Assembly: GCA_050173015.1 (NCBI GenBank)
Contig: JBFXLE010000022.1
Coordinates: 8,119-72,118 of the forward strand
From: Calditrichaceae bacterium
Lineage (GTDB): Bacteria; Calditrichota; Calditrichia; Calditrichales; JBFXGD01
Direction of reading: 5' to 3'
Length of the DNA stretch: 64,000 nucleotides
Made by a program: the position numbers and the translations under genes. Below, piece by piece: positions 11,097 through 23,318 of this stretch. A model generated the notes under the pieces. It saw only the letters and a program-made list of their open reading frames with translations, did not search any database and was not told the origin of the DNA. Every line of letters starts with the position of its first letter. Within the stretch, counting starts at the first letter, position 1.

Positions 11097-12038
11097 TTAT
11101 TTTAATGTTTTTAAGTATGCGATCATCGCGTCTATTTCTTCATCTTTCAAGAGTCCCTGATAAGTCGGCATCACCGGTTGAAATCCCATCACCACTTTAG
11201 CCTGAGGTTCCAATATGGATTCGCGAATATAATTTTCATCCGCTGTAATATTACTACCATCCTGTAACCGTTCCATGCGACCGAATAATCCTTTGAAGGT
11301 CGGACCTGTATTTTTTGAACCGTCATTACTGTGACAGGTAATACAAGCCTTAGTCCTTAATAATTTCGCGCCGAACTCTTCAGGCGCCATTCCGGCTCCG
11401 GGATTGGCGTTGGACGCTATCCACTCGTCATATTCACGTCCGGATACGACTTTAACCTTGCCGATCATCTCTGAATGTCCTTTACCACAGTATTCCGTGC
11501 AGAACAAATCAAAAGTACCCGGATTTGTCGCTTCGAACCAGGCGATGGTGTACCTGTTTGGCAACACATCCATTTTCATACGGAAATCCGGCACGAAGAA
11601 ACTGTGTATTACATCTTTGGAAGACATGGTCAGCTGTACCGGTTTGCCGACCGGCACAACCAGCTCATTGGTGGTTGTAATGCCATTGTCATATCCGAAC
11701 GACCAGAACCATTTTTGACCGGTGACCTTAACATTCATGGCATCTTTCGGTACGACATTCATCTTCAGATATGTATTAAATCCCCATAAAAAAACAATGA
11801 AAACGAGAATAGTCGGAATAACGGTCCAGATAATTTCCAGCCGGGTATTATGCGAAATATCCGGGGTGAATTCTTTTTTCCCGCGCCGACGATACTTTAC
11901 CGCGAACCAGATGCTTCCAAAAACAACAATGATAAAAAAGAAAATGGAAGCATAAAGGATAAAATAAAACAACGCGTCAACATCCGAGGCTATTGTTGAA
12001 TTTGGCGGCGGTAGAAAAAATGTCCCGGTTGTATCCAT
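11097..12038 (-). CDS. ctaC: Cytochrome c oxidase subunit II with fused cytochrome c (caa3)
   Basis: DVIHSF and [12 protein letters not shown] CuA ligands; C-terminal CITCH. Confidence 0.96.
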   Translation of the reverse strand: MDTTGTFFLPPPNSTIASDVDALFYFILYASIFFFIIVVFGSIWFAVKYRRRGKKEFTPDISHNTRLEIIWTVIPTILVFIVFLWGFNTYLKMNVVPKDAMNVKVTGQKWFWSFGYDNGITTTNELVVPVGKPVQLTMSSKDVIHSFFVPDFRMKMDVLPNRYTIAWFEATNPGTFDLFCTEYCGKGHSEMIGKVKVVSGREYDEWIASNANPGAGMAPEEFGAKLLRTKACITCHSNDGSKNTGPTFKGLFGRMERLQDGSNITADENYIRESILEPQAKVVMGFQPVMPTYQGLLKDEEIDAMIAYLKTLK

Positions 12039-12078
12039 CGAAATAATCTTCCTTCTTTAAACCTTTAATCGGTTTCAG

Positions 12079-12897
12079 TCATAGAATTGATTTTCTTCTG
12101 TATTCACTCATCCAGTAAATACCCAATACAACGATCATGATGACTAGAGTGATTGCTCCGCCCAGGCGCATGACGTTACCCGCGAAAATCACATACCCCT
12201 TTGATGAAGGGTCATAATGATAGCAGTACAATATTAACCGGTCGATCGTAGAACCAATCCGCCCTTCAGATGCTTCGAGCAGCGCTAACCGCAAATCTGA
12301 CGCTCTGTACTCAATTCCATAGAGATATCTGGATATCTCTCCCTCCGGGGTAAGGACAAACACAACCGCGGGATGAGCGAATTCATCTCTTTCTTCCACA
12401 TAATAGTATTCAAATCCCAGGGCTTCCGCCAGAGAGTCAATCCGCGGCTGATCACCCACAAAGAAAGTCCATCCCTGTTGCGCCGCGTCTTTCTGTATGA
12501 AGTCCATATGCGTCTTTTTCTTTGCCGCGGCTAATTCCACCGTCTCTCCCGGATCTATGCTTACCGTTAGAAGCTCATACTGCTTTCCGGGAACCCAATC
12601 CAGTTCACTAACCGTCTGGCTGACGCCATTCAATACCAACGTGCAGAGCATGGGACAGTTGTAATAAGCGAGTATCATTACCACAGGTTTACCCTGATGA
12701 AAAAAATCATTCAGACTGCGCCAATTGCCATGATCATCTGTGAATTTCAAATTCAGAGGGATCCTTTCTCCCAAATGTTCTGAAACATCGATATCTTGAA
12801 GCTCGTCCACTTTTTGACGATTAATCTGTCCGTTGGCCGCGATCACCAGGGACAGCAAGATTATATAAATCAAAGGGCTATTAAAACGAAACAACAT
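12079..12897 (-). CDS. SCO1/SenC family copper chaperone
   Basis: CPMLC motif, FAHPA, C-terminal TM. Confidence 0.9.
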   Translation of the reverse strand: MLFRFNSPLIYIILLSLVIAANGQINRQKVDELQDIDVSEHLGERIPLNLKFTDDHGNWRSLNDFFHQGKPVVMILAYYNCPMLCTLVLNGVSQTVSELDWVPGKQYELLTVSIDPGETVELAAAKKKTHMDFIQKDAAQQGWTFFVGDQPRIDSLAEALGFEYYYVEERDEFAHPAVVFVLTPEGEISRYLYGIEYRASDLRLALLEASEGRIGSTIDRLILYCYHYDPSSKGYVIFAGNVMRLGGAITLVIMIVVLGIYWMSEYRRKSIL

Positions 12898-12908
12898 TGT
12901 TATACTTA

Positions 12909-13259
12909 TTATCTTTTTGATTTTACTTGTTTTAAACGACTTTCATAGGTCTCATCCGCAATCACTTGTATGGCTCTTTCGATCGGAATCTGATAAATAC
13001 CATTTTCAGCATCCAGCAATTTATAGGTATTGAGTTCTTTCTCTTCAGCGGCTCTTATCTCGCGCAGTTCAATTGATTCCGGCTTTAGAACCTTCTCAAA
13101 GACCAGGTTTTCCCGGGCGAAAACAAAATACTCATTCAAAAATACCAGGATCGACGCGAGCAATACGATGATAGCGACCGCATAACCAATAATTTTTGAA
13201 ATATTTATATCCTGTTTCTCATATTGTTGACCGGAATTCTCAATCATATTATCTGCCAT
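12909..13259 (-). CDS. Single-TM protein, probable alternative complex III subunit ActG-like
   Basis: Between actF and sco; one TM and C-terminal YQIPIERAI motif. Confidence 0.55.
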   Translation of the reverse strand: MADNMIENSGQQYEKQDINISKIIGYAVAIIVLLASILVFLNEYFVFARENLVFEKVLKPESIELREIRAAEEKELNTYKLLDAENGIYQIPIERAIQVIADETYESRLKQVKSKR

Positions 13260-13268
13260 TGTTTCTTC

Positions 13269-14453
13269 CTAATTGTTTTCAAACTGCACAGAATAAGCCA
13301 GTCTTCGGTCTTCCACCGGCACCAGAGGGTTCGCGCTGAATTTTTTCCAAAAAATCCAGAAAAACAATCCTCCCAAACCGATAAATCCTGAAATATCCAT
13401 CCACGAAAAATGAAACCCATCCGCGCTGTGTGTCGGGAATGTCAGCCAATACAGATCCACCCAGTGCATCACCAGGACCCAGACAGACATAAAAGTCAGC
13501 CATTTCAAATTTCTTTTTGAAGATCTCGTAATTAATCCAAGGAACGGGAAAAGAAAATGTCCCAGAACAATCGTCATGGTCATATATTTCCAGGAGCCTT
13601 CCCAGCGGACCGTGTACCAGATGGTTTCTTCCGGTATATTCGCGTACCAGATCAGAAAATATTGAGAAAATCCCATGTACGCCCAGAAGATTATAAACGA
13701 AAACAATAATTTTGCGAGATCATGATAGTGTTCAATTGTTATAACATCATCAAGAATTCCGAAATTTCTAAGCGTAACACCGATGATAATGGTAAATGCG
13801 AGCAACGAAAGCAGGCTCCCCGAAAAGAAATACACACCATAGATCGTTGAATACCAGTGCGGATCGAGAGACATGAGCCAGTCAAACGCGGCAAAGCTGG
13901 ACGTTAAAGCGAACAGAATCATCGCAGGCGCGCTGATACGCTTCATTTTTTCTATTTTTTCTTCATCCGGCGCGCTGTCCTGCGCTATTGATGTTTTGTA
14001 TAATACCCTTGCTATCAGATACCATACTGAAAAATAGACGGCGGAACGGATCAGAAAAAACGGGATATTCAGATAACCTGCCTTTTTTTGAAGTAGCAAG
14101 TCGTGGGCGACGGCTTCCGGATGGCTCCAGTGATATAAGTCATGAAAACCAAAAACCAATGGAATAAAGAAAACCGCCATGACGGGAAGTACCATCATCA
14201 ATGTTTCCGTGATACGTCTCATGACGATACTCCATTGCGCCCCTACCAGGTGATTCAGGAGCGTGAAAAACAATCCCCCAAGTCCCAAAGTAACCCAGAA
14301 CATATAGGCGACAAGATAGGAATGGAAAAACTGCCCTGAATCTATAAAATAACCTGTAAATGTAATAAGAAGCGCCAAGGTCCCGGTAATCAACGCGTAT
14401 TTCCCGAATTTACCGCTGTCAGTAAGTCGAAAAGTGTTTTTGTCTAATTTCAT
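13269..14453 (-). CDS. actF: Alternative complex III membrane subunit ActF
   Basis: Polytopic; DWLMSLDPHWYSTIYG, FSQYFLIWYANIPEET. Confidence 0.92.
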   Translation of the reverse strand: MKLDKNTFRLTDSGKFGKYALITGTLALLITFTGYFIDSGQFFHSYLVAYMFWVTLGLGGLFFTLLNHLVGAQWSIVMRRITETLMMVLPVMAVFFIPLVFGFHDLYHWSHPEAVAHDLLLQKKAGYLNIPFFLIRSAVYFSVWYLIARVLYKTSIAQDSAPDEEKIEKMKRISAPAMILFALTSSFAAFDWLMSLDPHWYSTIYGVYFFSGSLLSLLAFTIIIGVTLRNFGILDDVITIEHYHDLAKLLFSFIIFWAYMGFSQYFLIWYANIPEETIWYTVRWEGSWKYMTMTIVLGHFLFPFLGLITRSSKRNLKWLTFMSVWVLVMHWVDLYWLTFPTHSADGFHFSWMDISGFIGLGGLFFWIFWKKFSANPLVPVEDRRLAYSVQFENN

Positions 14454-14463
14454 ACCTGATTCT

Positions 14464-15087
14464 CTAATTTAAGTCTTTTAAAATTTCTTCCGGCACATCC
14501 GAAGCGGAAGCATTCCGGGCGCGCTGTAAAGCCCGTACATAATTAACAATTGCCCAGCGGTCATCCACCGGAATCTGATGTTTATAAGACGGCATATTTC
14601 TTATACCATTGCTAATAACGTCGTAAATATGCCCGTCCGGAAAATTACGAATATTATCCTGATGAAATGACGGAGGCGGCAGATAACCTCTTTTTACGAC
14701 AATCCCTTTTCCGTCCCCTACTCTGCTGTGACAGGGCGCGCAGTAAATATCATACCGTTCCTGTCCTCTTTTTAAGACCTTTACGGTTGGATCAATCGGT
14801 GATTTCAGGATCAGATTCCCGGCGGCATCTTTTCCAAAATAATATTCAGTGTCATCAAAAAGTTCACCCCTTGCGACAGTACCGGGAACCGGCGCGCGCA
14901 TGGCAGATCCGTTTTCAAAAAACCGGCTTTCTGTCTGTGGCAGATATTTGGGCTGCTGATCCATATTGGGATTGATATGGATCGGCGGTTTATCCGAAGG
15001 CTTTCCGCGAAGACAACCGGTAAATTGAACCGACAACACCAGCAACAGAAACACCGGAAAAATCTTTTTTAAAAGTATATTATACAA
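14464..15087 (-). CDS. actE: Alternative complex III monoheme cytochrome c lipoprotein ActE
   Basis: Lipobox-like FTGC, NMDQQPK, CAPCH, DRWAIVNYVRALQ. Confidence 0.9.
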   Translation of the reverse strand: MYNILLKKIFPVFLLLVLSVQFTGCLRGKPSDKPPIHINPNMDQQPKYLPQTESRFFENGSAMRAPVPGTVARGELFDDTEYYFGKDAAGNLILKSPIDPTVKVLKRGQERYDIYCAPCHSRVGDGKGIVVKRGYLPPPSFHQDNIRNFPDGHIYDVISNGIRNMPSYKHQIPVDDRWAIVNYVRALQRARNASASDVPEEILKDLN

Positions 15088-15102
15088 GATTACGCCTCAC
15101 AT

Positions 15103-15675
15103 CTATTTCGTTTTGACTTCTTCATTTACGATATCTGTCCGGTCCACCAGAAATTCGATATTTTTTCCGCCGATTTTTTCCAGAAACGACCGGGCCTGTT
15201 CCGGATCGAAATCATCATTATCCGCTTCAATACTTACAAAAAAAGCGTCATCCGTCACCCTGGCGAAACGATCAGAATGAAAAATAGGATGAAAAAATTG
15301 CGGGAGTTTGTTAAGAAGGAGCATACCCACAAGCGCTGTTAGCGCTGATGAAAACACCATGACGGCAAAAGCGACCGTACCAAAGGCCTGATAACTGAAA
15401 AACGGTTTACCGGAAACGGTGATGGGATAATCAATGGCGCTTGTCCATCCTTCAAACGCGAAACCTGCCAGAAAGGCGCCGATGGCGACAATTCCTACCA
15501 TCCACCCCAGCGGAGACCTTTTTTCCCCCATGGCGTTGTCCATTCCATGCACGGGAAAGGGAGAATGACAGTCAAAATTACTGAATTCCGATTCGCGCAG
15601 ATGTTCCGCCGCCTTTAATAGTTCAGCGGGTGAACCAAATTCAGCGAGCACTCCTTCAACTTTTTTATTTTTCAT
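15103..15675 (-). CDS. actD: Alternative complex III subunit ActD (DUF3341)
   Basis: [15 protein letters not shown], two TMs; ATG 15675 with GGAGG RBS. Confidence 0.9.
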   Translation of the reverse strand: MKNKKVEGVLAEFGSPAELLKAAEHLRESEFSNFDCHSPFPVHGMDNAMGEKRSPLGWMVGIVAIGAFLAGFAFEGWTSAIDYPITVSGKPFFSYQAFGTVAFAVMVFSSALTALVGMLLLNKLPQFFHPIFHSDRFARVTDDAFFVSIEADNDDFDPEQARSFLEKIGGKNIEFLVDRTDIVNEEVKTK

Positions 15676-17074
15676 GATGGCCTCCGCCGTTATGTCCATT
15701 GTGATGCGGGTCTGCCTGCGGGAGAACACCTTTTACTTCCGATATGGCAATCATTGGCAGAAAACGGATAAAAAGCAGGAACAACGAGAAAAACAGACCA
15801 AATGAGCCGATAAAAATACCAATATCAAAAATAGTCGGCTTATAGTACGCCCAGCTGGATGGCAGAAAATCACGTGAAAGCGAAGAAACAACGATAACAA
15901 ATCTTTCGAACCACATACCAACATTGATAAGAATGGATGCAACAAACATGGCGGGAATGCTCGTACGCAGCTTCTTTGACCAGAACAATTGGGGCACAAG
16001 CACATTACAGGTAATCATGGTCCAGTAAGCCCACGCGTACGGACCAAACGCCCTGTTTATGAAAGCAAAGGTTTCATACTCATTCCCGCTGTACCAGGCG
16101 ATAAAAAATTCCATCCCGTATGAATATCCCACCATCAGCCCGGTGACAAGCATGATCTTATTCATATTTTCAAGATGCCTGATCGTGATAATATGTTCGA
16201 GATTGAACACCTTCCTGGCGATAAGTGCGAGGGTCATCACCATGGCGAATCCTGAGAAAATCGCTCCCGCGACAAAATATGGAGGAAAAATCGTCGTGTG
16301 CCATCCGGGGATCACACTGGTGGCAAAGTCCGTACTCACAACGCTGTGCACTGATAGCACGAGAGGTGTAGATAATCCCGCCAGCAGCAGATAGGCCAGT
16401 TCATAATGTTTCCACTGTCTGTTACCACCCCGCCAACCGAGAGACAAGATTCCGAACGCGATCTTTCGCAATCTTGATTTCGCGCGGTCTCTCAGTGTCG
16501 CCAAATCAGGGATAAGTCCCACATACCAGAACATCAGAGAGACTGAAAAATATGTGCTTACCGCAAACACATCCCAGAGCAGCGGACTCCGGAAATTTGG
16601 CCACATGCCCATCTGGTTCGGAATCGGAAACATCCAGTAAGCAACCCAAACACGGCCCACATGAATACCGGGAAAGATTAACGCGCAGATAACCGCGAAA
16701 ATTGTCATCGCTTCCGCGAAGCGGTTAATGGACGTTCTCCATCGCTGCCTGAACAAAAACAGCACGGCGGAAATCAGTGTCCCCGCGTGTCCGATTCCCA
16801 CCCAGAAGACAAAATTAACGATGGCCCATCCCCAGCCCACGGGGATATTTACTCCCCAGATTCCGATGCCCTCCCAGAACAGGTAAGCGATCATCGCCAC
16901 CAGCATCATTGCCATTGACCCGGAAACCGCGAACAGGGCATACCAGATCTTTGGTGTTTTTCTTTCGGTAATCGAACTAATCTGCTCTGTAATGCTCGAA
17001 AATGTCGGATTACCGGTGATCAGCGGCGGTTCCGCCGCAGGAATAACAGTTGAATTTTTTGTTATGACACCCAC
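15665..17074 (-). CDS. actC: Alternative complex III NrfD/PsrC-like subunit ActC
   Basis: [54 protein letters not shown]. Confidence 0.95.
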   Translation of the reverse strand: MGVITKNSTVIPAAEPPLITGNPTFSSITEQISSITERKTPKIWYALFAVSGSMAMMLVAMIAYLFWEGIGIWGVNIPVGWGWAIVNFVFWVGIGHAGTLISAVLFLFRQRWRTSINRFAEAMTIFAVICALIFPGIHVGRVWVAYWMFPIPNQMGMWPNFRSPLLWDVFAVSTYFSVSLMFWYVGLIPDLATLRDRAKSRLRKIAFGILSLGWRGGNRQWKHYELAYLLLAGLSTPLVLSVHSVVSTDFATSVIPGWHTTIFPPYFVAGAIFSGFAMVMTLALIARKVFNLEHIITIRHLENMNKIMLVTGLMVGYSYGMEFFIAWYSGNEYETFAFINRAFGPYAWAYWTMITCNVLVPQLFWSKKLRTSIPAMFVASILINVGMWFERFVIVVSSLSRDFLPSSWAYYKPTIFDIGIFIGSFGLFFSLFLLFIRFLPMIAISEVKGVLPQADPHHNGHNGGGHHEK

Positions 17075-17097
17075 TGGCTTCTCATCATTTTTTGTGA

Positions 17098-20000
17098 TTA
17101 ATTTATGTTTATTTTATAATCTTTCAGTTCAGGATTTGGATTGCGAAGTTTGGCCAAAAAAGTCGTTCTCGTTTTTACATTGAGTTCTCCCAACATCGTG
17201 TAATTCCTGTTCTGTTTTTTCATTTTTGAAACCGCGCTTTCAGGATCATTGATATTTCCAAACACGATGGCGTCCGCCGGACAACTCTGCTGACATGCGG
17301 TCTCTATTTCACCGTCTAAAACTTCCCGTTCCTCAAGTTTGGCGTTATTTTTCGCTCCCGAGATTCTCTGGATGCAGAACGTGCACTTTTCCATTACACC
17401 GCGTGAACGCACCGTCACATCAGGATTCTGCGCCATTTTTATTATTTCACCCAAATCCTTTGTATAATTAAAGAAATTAAACCTGCGAACTTTGTACGGA
17501 CAATTATTTGAACAGTATCTTGTCCCGATACAGCGATTATAAGTCATTACATTTAATCCTTCATCGTCATGAACAGTCGCCTGAACCGGACATACCTGCT
17601 CACAGGGCGCGTTCTCACAATGCTGACATGCCACCGGCTGGTAAACCATTTCCGGATCATCAATATCACCGGCAAAATACCGATCCAGCCTTATCCAATG
17701 CATTTCCCTGCCTTTTGAAACCTGTTCTTTACCAACGATAGGAATATTATTCTCGCTCTGACAGGCGATCACACAGGCATTACAGCCTGAACAGGTGTTA
17801 AGATCTATGGTCATTCCCCATTGATAACCTTCATCATAAACCCGGTCTTCCCAGAGAGATTTTAATGGCGGACTTTTGACCATTTCCGGCGCGAAGTCCG
17901 GATACTGACGATAATGATCCAGCGAAGCTTCCCTGACAAGCGGCCTGCCTTCCATACTGTTGTGATCCTGTGAATTAGCCAGGAGATAAGTTTCACCCGT
18001 CCCGGTTATTCTCGCGCCCTGATCAAAATTCAGCGCGTCGGAAGTACGGATTCGGTACACATCAAAACCGGTTCCATTACCAATCCTACCCACCGATCGG
18101 CGTCCATATCCGACTGGGAGGGTAATTGAATAGTCCGCCTGCCCGGGAAGCACCGAGACCGGAATAATCATATCTCTGTCTTTATATGTCAGACGCACAA
18201 GATCCTGTGTTTTTACCCCCAATTCATCGGCTGTCTTTGGACTTATTAACGCGGCGTTATCCCAGGTGATTTTTGTTACCGGATCCGGCATTTCCTGCAT
18301 CCAGCCGTTGTTCGCGTACCGTCCGTCATAAACCGCCGGTGAAGCCATAAAAACAACTTCCAGATCATTAATTGACGCGCCAGATTGATTAAACTTGAAT
18401 TTTTTAACAGTTGTATGCAATGAAGATGAATTTAGTCCCGGATCTATTTCTTTCCCCGCATCCGCATCCGCGACACCGTTATGAAGCAAGCCGCGCCATT
18501 TTTTTTCATATTCCGTAGCGGAGAAAATATTCTGCCATGTTTCGCGGACAATATCATACCCCCTGCGGTCTTCTCCCGAAATAATCACGTTTAACAACTC
18601 TATCATGGTATGCCCGCCGAAAAGCGGCTCGATCATCGGCTGAATTACGCTGCGGGATCCGTCAGCCGCCCTGGCGTCCCCCCAGCTTTCAAGAAAATGA
18701 GCCTGCGGAATATGCCATTCGGTCATTTCTGAAGTCTCATCAACATGCATGGACAAATGAACAGAATGATTAACTTTTTTTAGCAGTGACTTGAAATCAA
18801 AATCAGACGGAGCGTCAAATACCGGATTTCCCCCTAAGAGAATCAGGGTATCAATTTCTCCAGTGTTTACCTTGTCCGCCACCCTTTTAAAAGACTCAAG
18901 AGACGGAATCACTGAATCCTTCAGCTCATTGTAAGTAACTGTATTCCCCGCATTACCCATAGCGTGATTAATCGCGTAAACAATGGAATGAACAATCGCG
19001 GGCTGACGTCTTCCGGCTACGACGAGACTCTGCTGGTCATTTTTCAGAAGATCCTTCGCGAGCGCGTTAATCCATTTACGGTCAAATTTCCGGTGCGTAT
19101 CCTTGATATCAGGAAACGGCAAATCAATCGGCAACCCCAGCCTGCTTAGTTCTTCCGCGACCGCCGCGGTAAACGCCGGAATCATTGAACTCTCAAGCCG
19201 CAAACGGTGATCCGCCATACCACCTGTCACCGTAAACACGGATTCAGCCACATAGAGTCGATTCATATTATCCTTTTCCGATTCGACCCGTCTTCCAGCC
19301 GCGAACCCCTTATTCGCTTTAATGCTTTCATTTTCCATGAGGAGAAAATCCGCATCCAGCGAGAGAATCACTTTTGCTTTATCAAAATGATACACCGGGC
19401 GAACCGTTTTCCCCGACGCTATCCTGATACCACTATAAATATTTTCATCGCTGACCGGCTCATAAACAGACCAATCCGCTTTAGGAAACTCCCGGTTAAA
19501 TTTTTCAAACAAACGGTAAAGCGACGGTGAAGAAAACGCGCCGGAAATAACCGCGAGTCCTTCTCCTCGGGTCTCTAAAAGTGCCGGATAAATTTCACGC
19601 CAGAAGGCGACAAACTCCGTCCATTCCTTCTCAACACCCTTCAACCGAACCGACTGCGAACGATCCGGGTCATATAAATTCAACATTTCTGATTGAATAA
19701 AGGCATTCGAACTTCCCAAACTAGACGGATGTTTTTTATTACCCTCGATTTTTGTCGGGCGGCCTTCGTGATTTTCCACTACCAGGCCATAGGAATCAAG
19801 TCCAAAAGGCATCGTTGTGGCGTAATGCTTCGGAATACCGGGCACGACATTTTCCGGCGCGATAACATATGGCACTATTTTTTCAACGGGCCGCCGGCAT
19901 CCCGCAAGACCGGCAAAAGCGATCGACGCTCCCATCAGAGTTAAAAATTTGCGCCTTGAAACGGGGCTGATCATCTCCGATGCGTTCTCAGGGAATTCCC

Positions 20001-20100
20001 GATGTAAAAATTCCTGAAATTCCGGCGTCTCAGCCAACTGATCCAGACTGCGCCAGTATTCTTTTCCTTTTACATTCACGTTTTTTTTCATCTGTGACAT
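17098..20100 (-). CDS. actB: Alternative complex III subunit ActB (molybdopterin-oxidoreductase-like plus Fe-S domain)
   Basis: YWRSLDQL, Tat motif [15 protein letters not shown], four C-terminal Fe-S Cys groups; start 20100 or 20109. Confidence 0.95.
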   Translation of the reverse strand: MSQMKKNVNVKGKEYWRSLDQLAETPEFQEFLHREFPENASEMISPVSRRKFLTLMGASIAFAGLAGCRRPVEKIVPYVIAPENVVPGIPKHYATTMPFGLDSYGLVVENHEGRPTKIEGNKKHPSSLGSSNAFIQSEMLNLYDPDRSQSVRLKGVEKEWTEFVAFWREIYPALLETRGEGLAVISGAFSSPSLYRLFEKFNREFPKADWSVYEPVSDENIYSGIRIASGKTVRPVYHFDKAKVILSLDADFLLMENESIKANKGFAAGRRVESEKDNMNRLYVAESVFTVTGGMADHRLRLESSMIPAFTAAVAEELSRLGLPIDLPFPDIKDTHRKFDRKWINALAKDLLKNDQQSLVVAGRRQPAIVHSIVYAINHAMGNAGNTVTYNELKDSVIPSLESFKRVADKVNTGEIDTLILLGGNPVFDAPSDFDFKSLLKKVNHSVHLSMHVDETSEMTEWHIPQAHFLESWGDARAADGSRSVIQPMIEPLFGGHTMIELLNVIISGEDRRGYDIVRETWQNIFSATEYEKKWRGLLHNGVADADAGKEIDPGLNSSSLHTTVKKFKFNQSGASINDLEVVFMASPAVYDGRYANNGWMQEMPDPVTKITWDNAALISPKTADELGVKTQDLVRLTYKDRDMIIPVSVLPGQADYSITLPVGYGRRSVGRIGNGTGFDVYRIRTSDALNFDQGARITGTGETYLLANSQDHNSMEGRPLVREASLDHYRQYPDFAPEMVKSPPLKSLWEDRVYDEGYQWGMTIDLNTCSGCNACVIACQSENNIPIVGKEQVSKGREMHWIRLDRYFAGDIDDPEMVYQPVACQHCENAPCEQVCPVQATVHDDEGLNVMTYNRCIGTRYCSNNCPYKVRRFNFFNYTKDLGEIIKMAQNPDVTVRSRGVMEKCTFCIQRISGAKNNAKLEEREVLDGEIETACQQSCPADAIVFGNINDPESAVSKMKKQNRNYTMLGELNVKTRTTFLAKLRNPNPELKDYKININ

Positions 20101-20735
20101 CCTGAACAATCTACTGGTGGTTTAATTTTTTTCTCATCGATTACTTTTCTGGCAAATTCCAACTGATTTGTCGGGGGTTTCCAGTTCATTTTGGTAATAT
20201 CGTCGGGAGGTCTTATAAATGGTTCCGGGTTTCGGTGACAGTCAATACACCAGCTCATACTAAGCGATTCTTTCTGCTCGACAACTTCCATTGCCGCCAC
20301 GTTTCCATGACAGCTTTCACAACCAACCCCGGCCTTTATATGAGCGCTATGCCTGAAATAGGCAAAATCAGGAAGATTATGAACCCTTACCCACTGAATG
20401 GGATCGCCTGTGGCCCAGCTTTCGCGAACGGGCAGCAGTTTTTCACTTTCCGTGCGGATGAGCGTATGACAATTCATACATGTTTGCGTGGGTGGTATAA
20501 TCGCCTCTTCCGAGAACTCTACCGATGTATGACAATAACGGCAATCCATCCCCAAATCCCCGGCGTGTAGCTTATGACTGTACTCAACAGGCTGCTCCGG
20601 ACGATATCCGACATCCGTATATTTGGGTGAGCCGTAATACCAGATAAATCCGACGGTTGCCATTCCACCAAACATGACTCCGATGATAATATAAAGCGGA
20701 AGTTTATTTGTCCATTTTGGAAAAATTTGAGCCAA
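20088..20735 (-). CDS. actA: Alternative complex III pentaheme cytochrome c ActA
   Basis: One TM plus five CxxCH (CRYCH, CMNCH, CESCH, CIDCH, CSGCH). Confidence 0.95.
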   Translation of the reverse strand: MAQIFPKWTNKLPLYIIIGVMFGGMATVGFIWYYGSPKYTDVGYRPEQPVEYSHKLHAGDLGMDCRYCHTSVEFSEEAIIPPTQTCMNCHTLIRTESEKLLPVRESWATGDPIQWVRVHNLPDFAYFRHSAHIKAGVGCESCHGNVAAMEVVEQKESLSMSWCIDCHRNPEPFIRPPDDITKMNWKPPTNQLEFARKVIDEKKIKPPVDCSGCHR

Positions 20736-20838
20736 ACCTAACTCCTATTCTAAATATTTCTGTATACTAACCGCGTTATGTTTAATTCATGTCTATAAGT
20801 CAGAAGATCAGTATTGCAAATTCATTTCTGAAACAATT

Positions 20839-21702
20839 CTAAATCAATCCATCCACGATAATCGCGAGAAAAAGTCCGAATAGATATACTATTGAATAAC
20901 CAAATAACCCCTTGATCAGACCTTCAGATCTTGATCTTTTGGCGTCAATTGATTTTTTTATAAATAAAAAACCCAAAACAATAGCAACAATCGCGTAAAG
21001 CAAACCGGCAGCTTGGGAGAAATATAAGGTCAGGCTAACCGCTACAAGTACCCAGGAATACATAATAATCCACCTGAATGTCTTCGTATCACCGTTAACC
21101 ACAGGCATCATGGGTAATTCCGCGAGCCGGTAATCATCCTTATATACAAGGGCAAGCGCCCAGAAATGAGGCGGGGTCCAAAAGAAAATAATGAGGAATA
21201 ATATCCACGGATCGATCGACATCGATCCGGTTGCGGCAACCCAGGCGCCAACGGGAGCCATCGCTCCGGCCGCGCCTCCAATAACAATGTTTTGCGGGGT
21301 ATTGGGTTTTAAAAACAATGTATAGAACAGACTATAAAATAAAATTGTACCCATGGACAGCGCCGCGCTGAACCAATTAAAAAATATACCGAAAATCAAT
21401 ATACCTGCAGTACCTATAAAAACTGAAAATATTAAGGCGTTTTTTGATGGGATTTTATTCCTGGGAAGCGGACGACGCCCCGATGTTCGGGTCATTTTTG
21501 CATCGATATCACGTTCAAAATACTGATTAAGCGCATTCGCGGCTCCTCCGGTGAGATACAGGGCGACCAGAACCAGAAGAAATTCCGCAGGATTTCCCAG
21601 AAGACTGCCTTCCATTACTAATGCCGTGGCCCCTGTGACGACAACCAGCAACATGATGGTCGGTTTTGTAAGCTGAAAATACGCTAAGATTTTGGATTTC
21701 AT
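20839..21702 (-). CDS. ctaB: Protoheme IX farnesyltransferase (heme O synthase)
   Basis: LTKP, NQYFERDIDAKMTRTSGRRPLP, NIVIGG, FFWTPPHFWAL. Confidence 0.96.
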   Translation of the reverse strand: MKSKILAYFQLTKPTIMLLVVVTGATALVMEGSLLGNPAEFLLVLVALYLTGGAANALNQYFERDIDAKMTRTSGRRPLPRNKIPSKNALIFSVFIGTAGILIFGIFFNWFSAALSMGTILFYSLFYTLFLKPNTPQNIVIGGAAGAMAPVGAWVAATGSMSIDPWILFLIIFFWTPPHFWALALVYKDDYRLAELPMMPVVNGDTKTFRWIIMYSWVLVAVSLTLYFSQAAGLLYAIVAIVLGFLFIKKSIDAKRSRSEGLIKGLFGYSIVYLFGLFLAIIVDGLI

Positions 21703-21946
21703 TTAACAATTTTGCCTGGTAATGTTTTTAACCGCTCAAGAAAAACAATTCTGTTTCCATCGTCTGACTCAGGGCGGGCTCAAACTTATATCATGCCTGT
21801 TGAATCAAGACATCACTCAGAACAAATCGCTTTTTGTTAATATTCCCGCGCATCCGTTTTTTTTAACCGAATTCTAATTTTTTTTATTCGTTTAGTAAGT
21901 TTATAGACATTTTCGCGTCAGGCGGGTCATATTATCGAAGAAGTAC

Positions 21947-21974
21947 AAAAAAAAACCGGCAAATCGCCGGCTTT
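21947..21974 (-). terminator. Intrinsic terminator after pfp
   Basis: Minus strand AAAGCCGGC-GATTT-GCCGG followed by a long T run. Confidence 0.75.
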
Positions 21975-21998
21975 ATGAAATATGTCAAAAATCCAGTA

Positions 21999-23318
21999 TT
22001 ATTTTTTTACAGGTTTTTTTATAGGTTCATCTTTGATGCTCTCATCATCTTCCGGATGAATTTTTGTAACTCCCTCTTCCAGGAGATAATGAAAATTTTT
22101 CTGAAATTCATCCGCGGATATATTTGCTGTAGCCGCGTATTTTGCAAGTTCATGCGGATCATCAAAATCTTCTGTTTTTAGTCTGATCATATACCGGTGC
22201 GCCACATGATATGATTCAGAATCAATATCAACCATTCTCACCTTCATTTTTTTTGTTCTCGGATCAATAATATCTTTAAAATATAAAGGAACAAACCGGT
22301 TGTTCTGAATGGATATAAGAGCGCCGTTACCGCCGTCATATAAAAATTTCGACGCCATGAACCCCAGATCCCTGCAATACTCCATATCGAACGGAATCGG
22401 ATCCGCGCATCGTAATTCATAGCCTATATTTTTCGCGACGATTGTTGTTTTTAATTTGAACTGTTTCAATCGTTCCTGAACATGGTATTTTAAAATCTCG
22501 CCAAAACTAATCTCCGCGAATCTCAGATTATCGTGAGCATCACGTTCAATATTCAGTATTTTGCTAAACGCCGCCGGATCAAGTTTTTCAAGCAGGCCCT
22601 CAGCCAATATGGCGACACCGTCTGTTCGCCCATAACTCAGACGCTTTATGATCGCGCCAACGAGTATGTCCACCAATTGCTGCAGTTGTATATTTTTACT
22701 TCCAAATTCTTCCGGAATAATAGTCAGTGTCGCGCCGGCCGCTTTTCCGATACCAAGCGCGAGATGTCCGGCCTTTCGGCCCATGGTTACCACAAAATAC
22801 CAGCGGGATGTTGTTTTAGCGTCGGTCATAATATTCTTGACGATTTCAACCCCCAGATGCCGTGCCGTCTGAAAACCAAACGTTGGAATCCCATGCGGAA
22901 GATCAAGATCATTATCAATTGTTTTTGGAACATGCGCGACACGAATTCTGCCGTTGGCAACCTGTTCAACACGGTAGGCCGAATACGCTGTGTCGTCACC
23001 GCCAATGGTGATTAACTGATCTACATTTAATCGAAGTAGAGATGAAACCGTGTTTTCTAAAAATTTTGGGTCTTTAGTCGGATTCTCCCGGGCAATACCG
23101 ATATATGACCCTCCCCGAAAATGGATGCGGCTTGTCTCATCTATTGTCAAAGGCGCGATGTGTGAAATATCACCCTGCATAATCCATTTAAAACCATCTT
23201 TAATACCGATCACGTCACCGCCCGAAAGTATCGCCCTGATTGTCGCGGCGCCTATAACACTATTTATCCCGGGCGCCGGGCCACCGCCAACAAGTATGGC
23301 TGTTCTTTTAGGATGCAT
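21999..23318 (-). CDS. pfp: Pyrophosphate-dependent phosphofructokinase
   Basis: GGGPAPGIN, GGDD plus PKTIDND (PPi-type signature), MGR, GYELRC. Confidence 0.9.
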   Translation of the reverse strand: MHPKRTAILVGGGPAPGINSVIGAATIRAILSGGDVIGIKDGFKWIMQGDISHIAPLTIDETSRIHFRGGSYIGIARENPTKDPKFLENTVSSLLRLNVDQLITIGGDDTAYSAYRVEQVANGRIRVAHVPKTIDNDLDLPHGIPTFGFQTARHLGVEIVKNIMTDAKTTSRWYFVVTMGRKAGHLALGIGKAAGATLTIIPEEFGSKNIQLQQLVDILVGAIIKRLSYGRTDGVAILAEGLLEKLDPAAFSKILNIERDAHDNLRFAEISFGEILKYHVQERLKQFKLKTTIVAKNIGYELRCADPIPFDMEYCRDLGFMASKFLYDGGNGALISIQNNRFVPLYFKDIIDPRTKKMKVRMVDIDSESYHVAHRYMIRLKTEDFDDPHELAKYAATANISADEFQKNFHYLLEEGVTKIHPEDDESIKDEPIKKPVKK

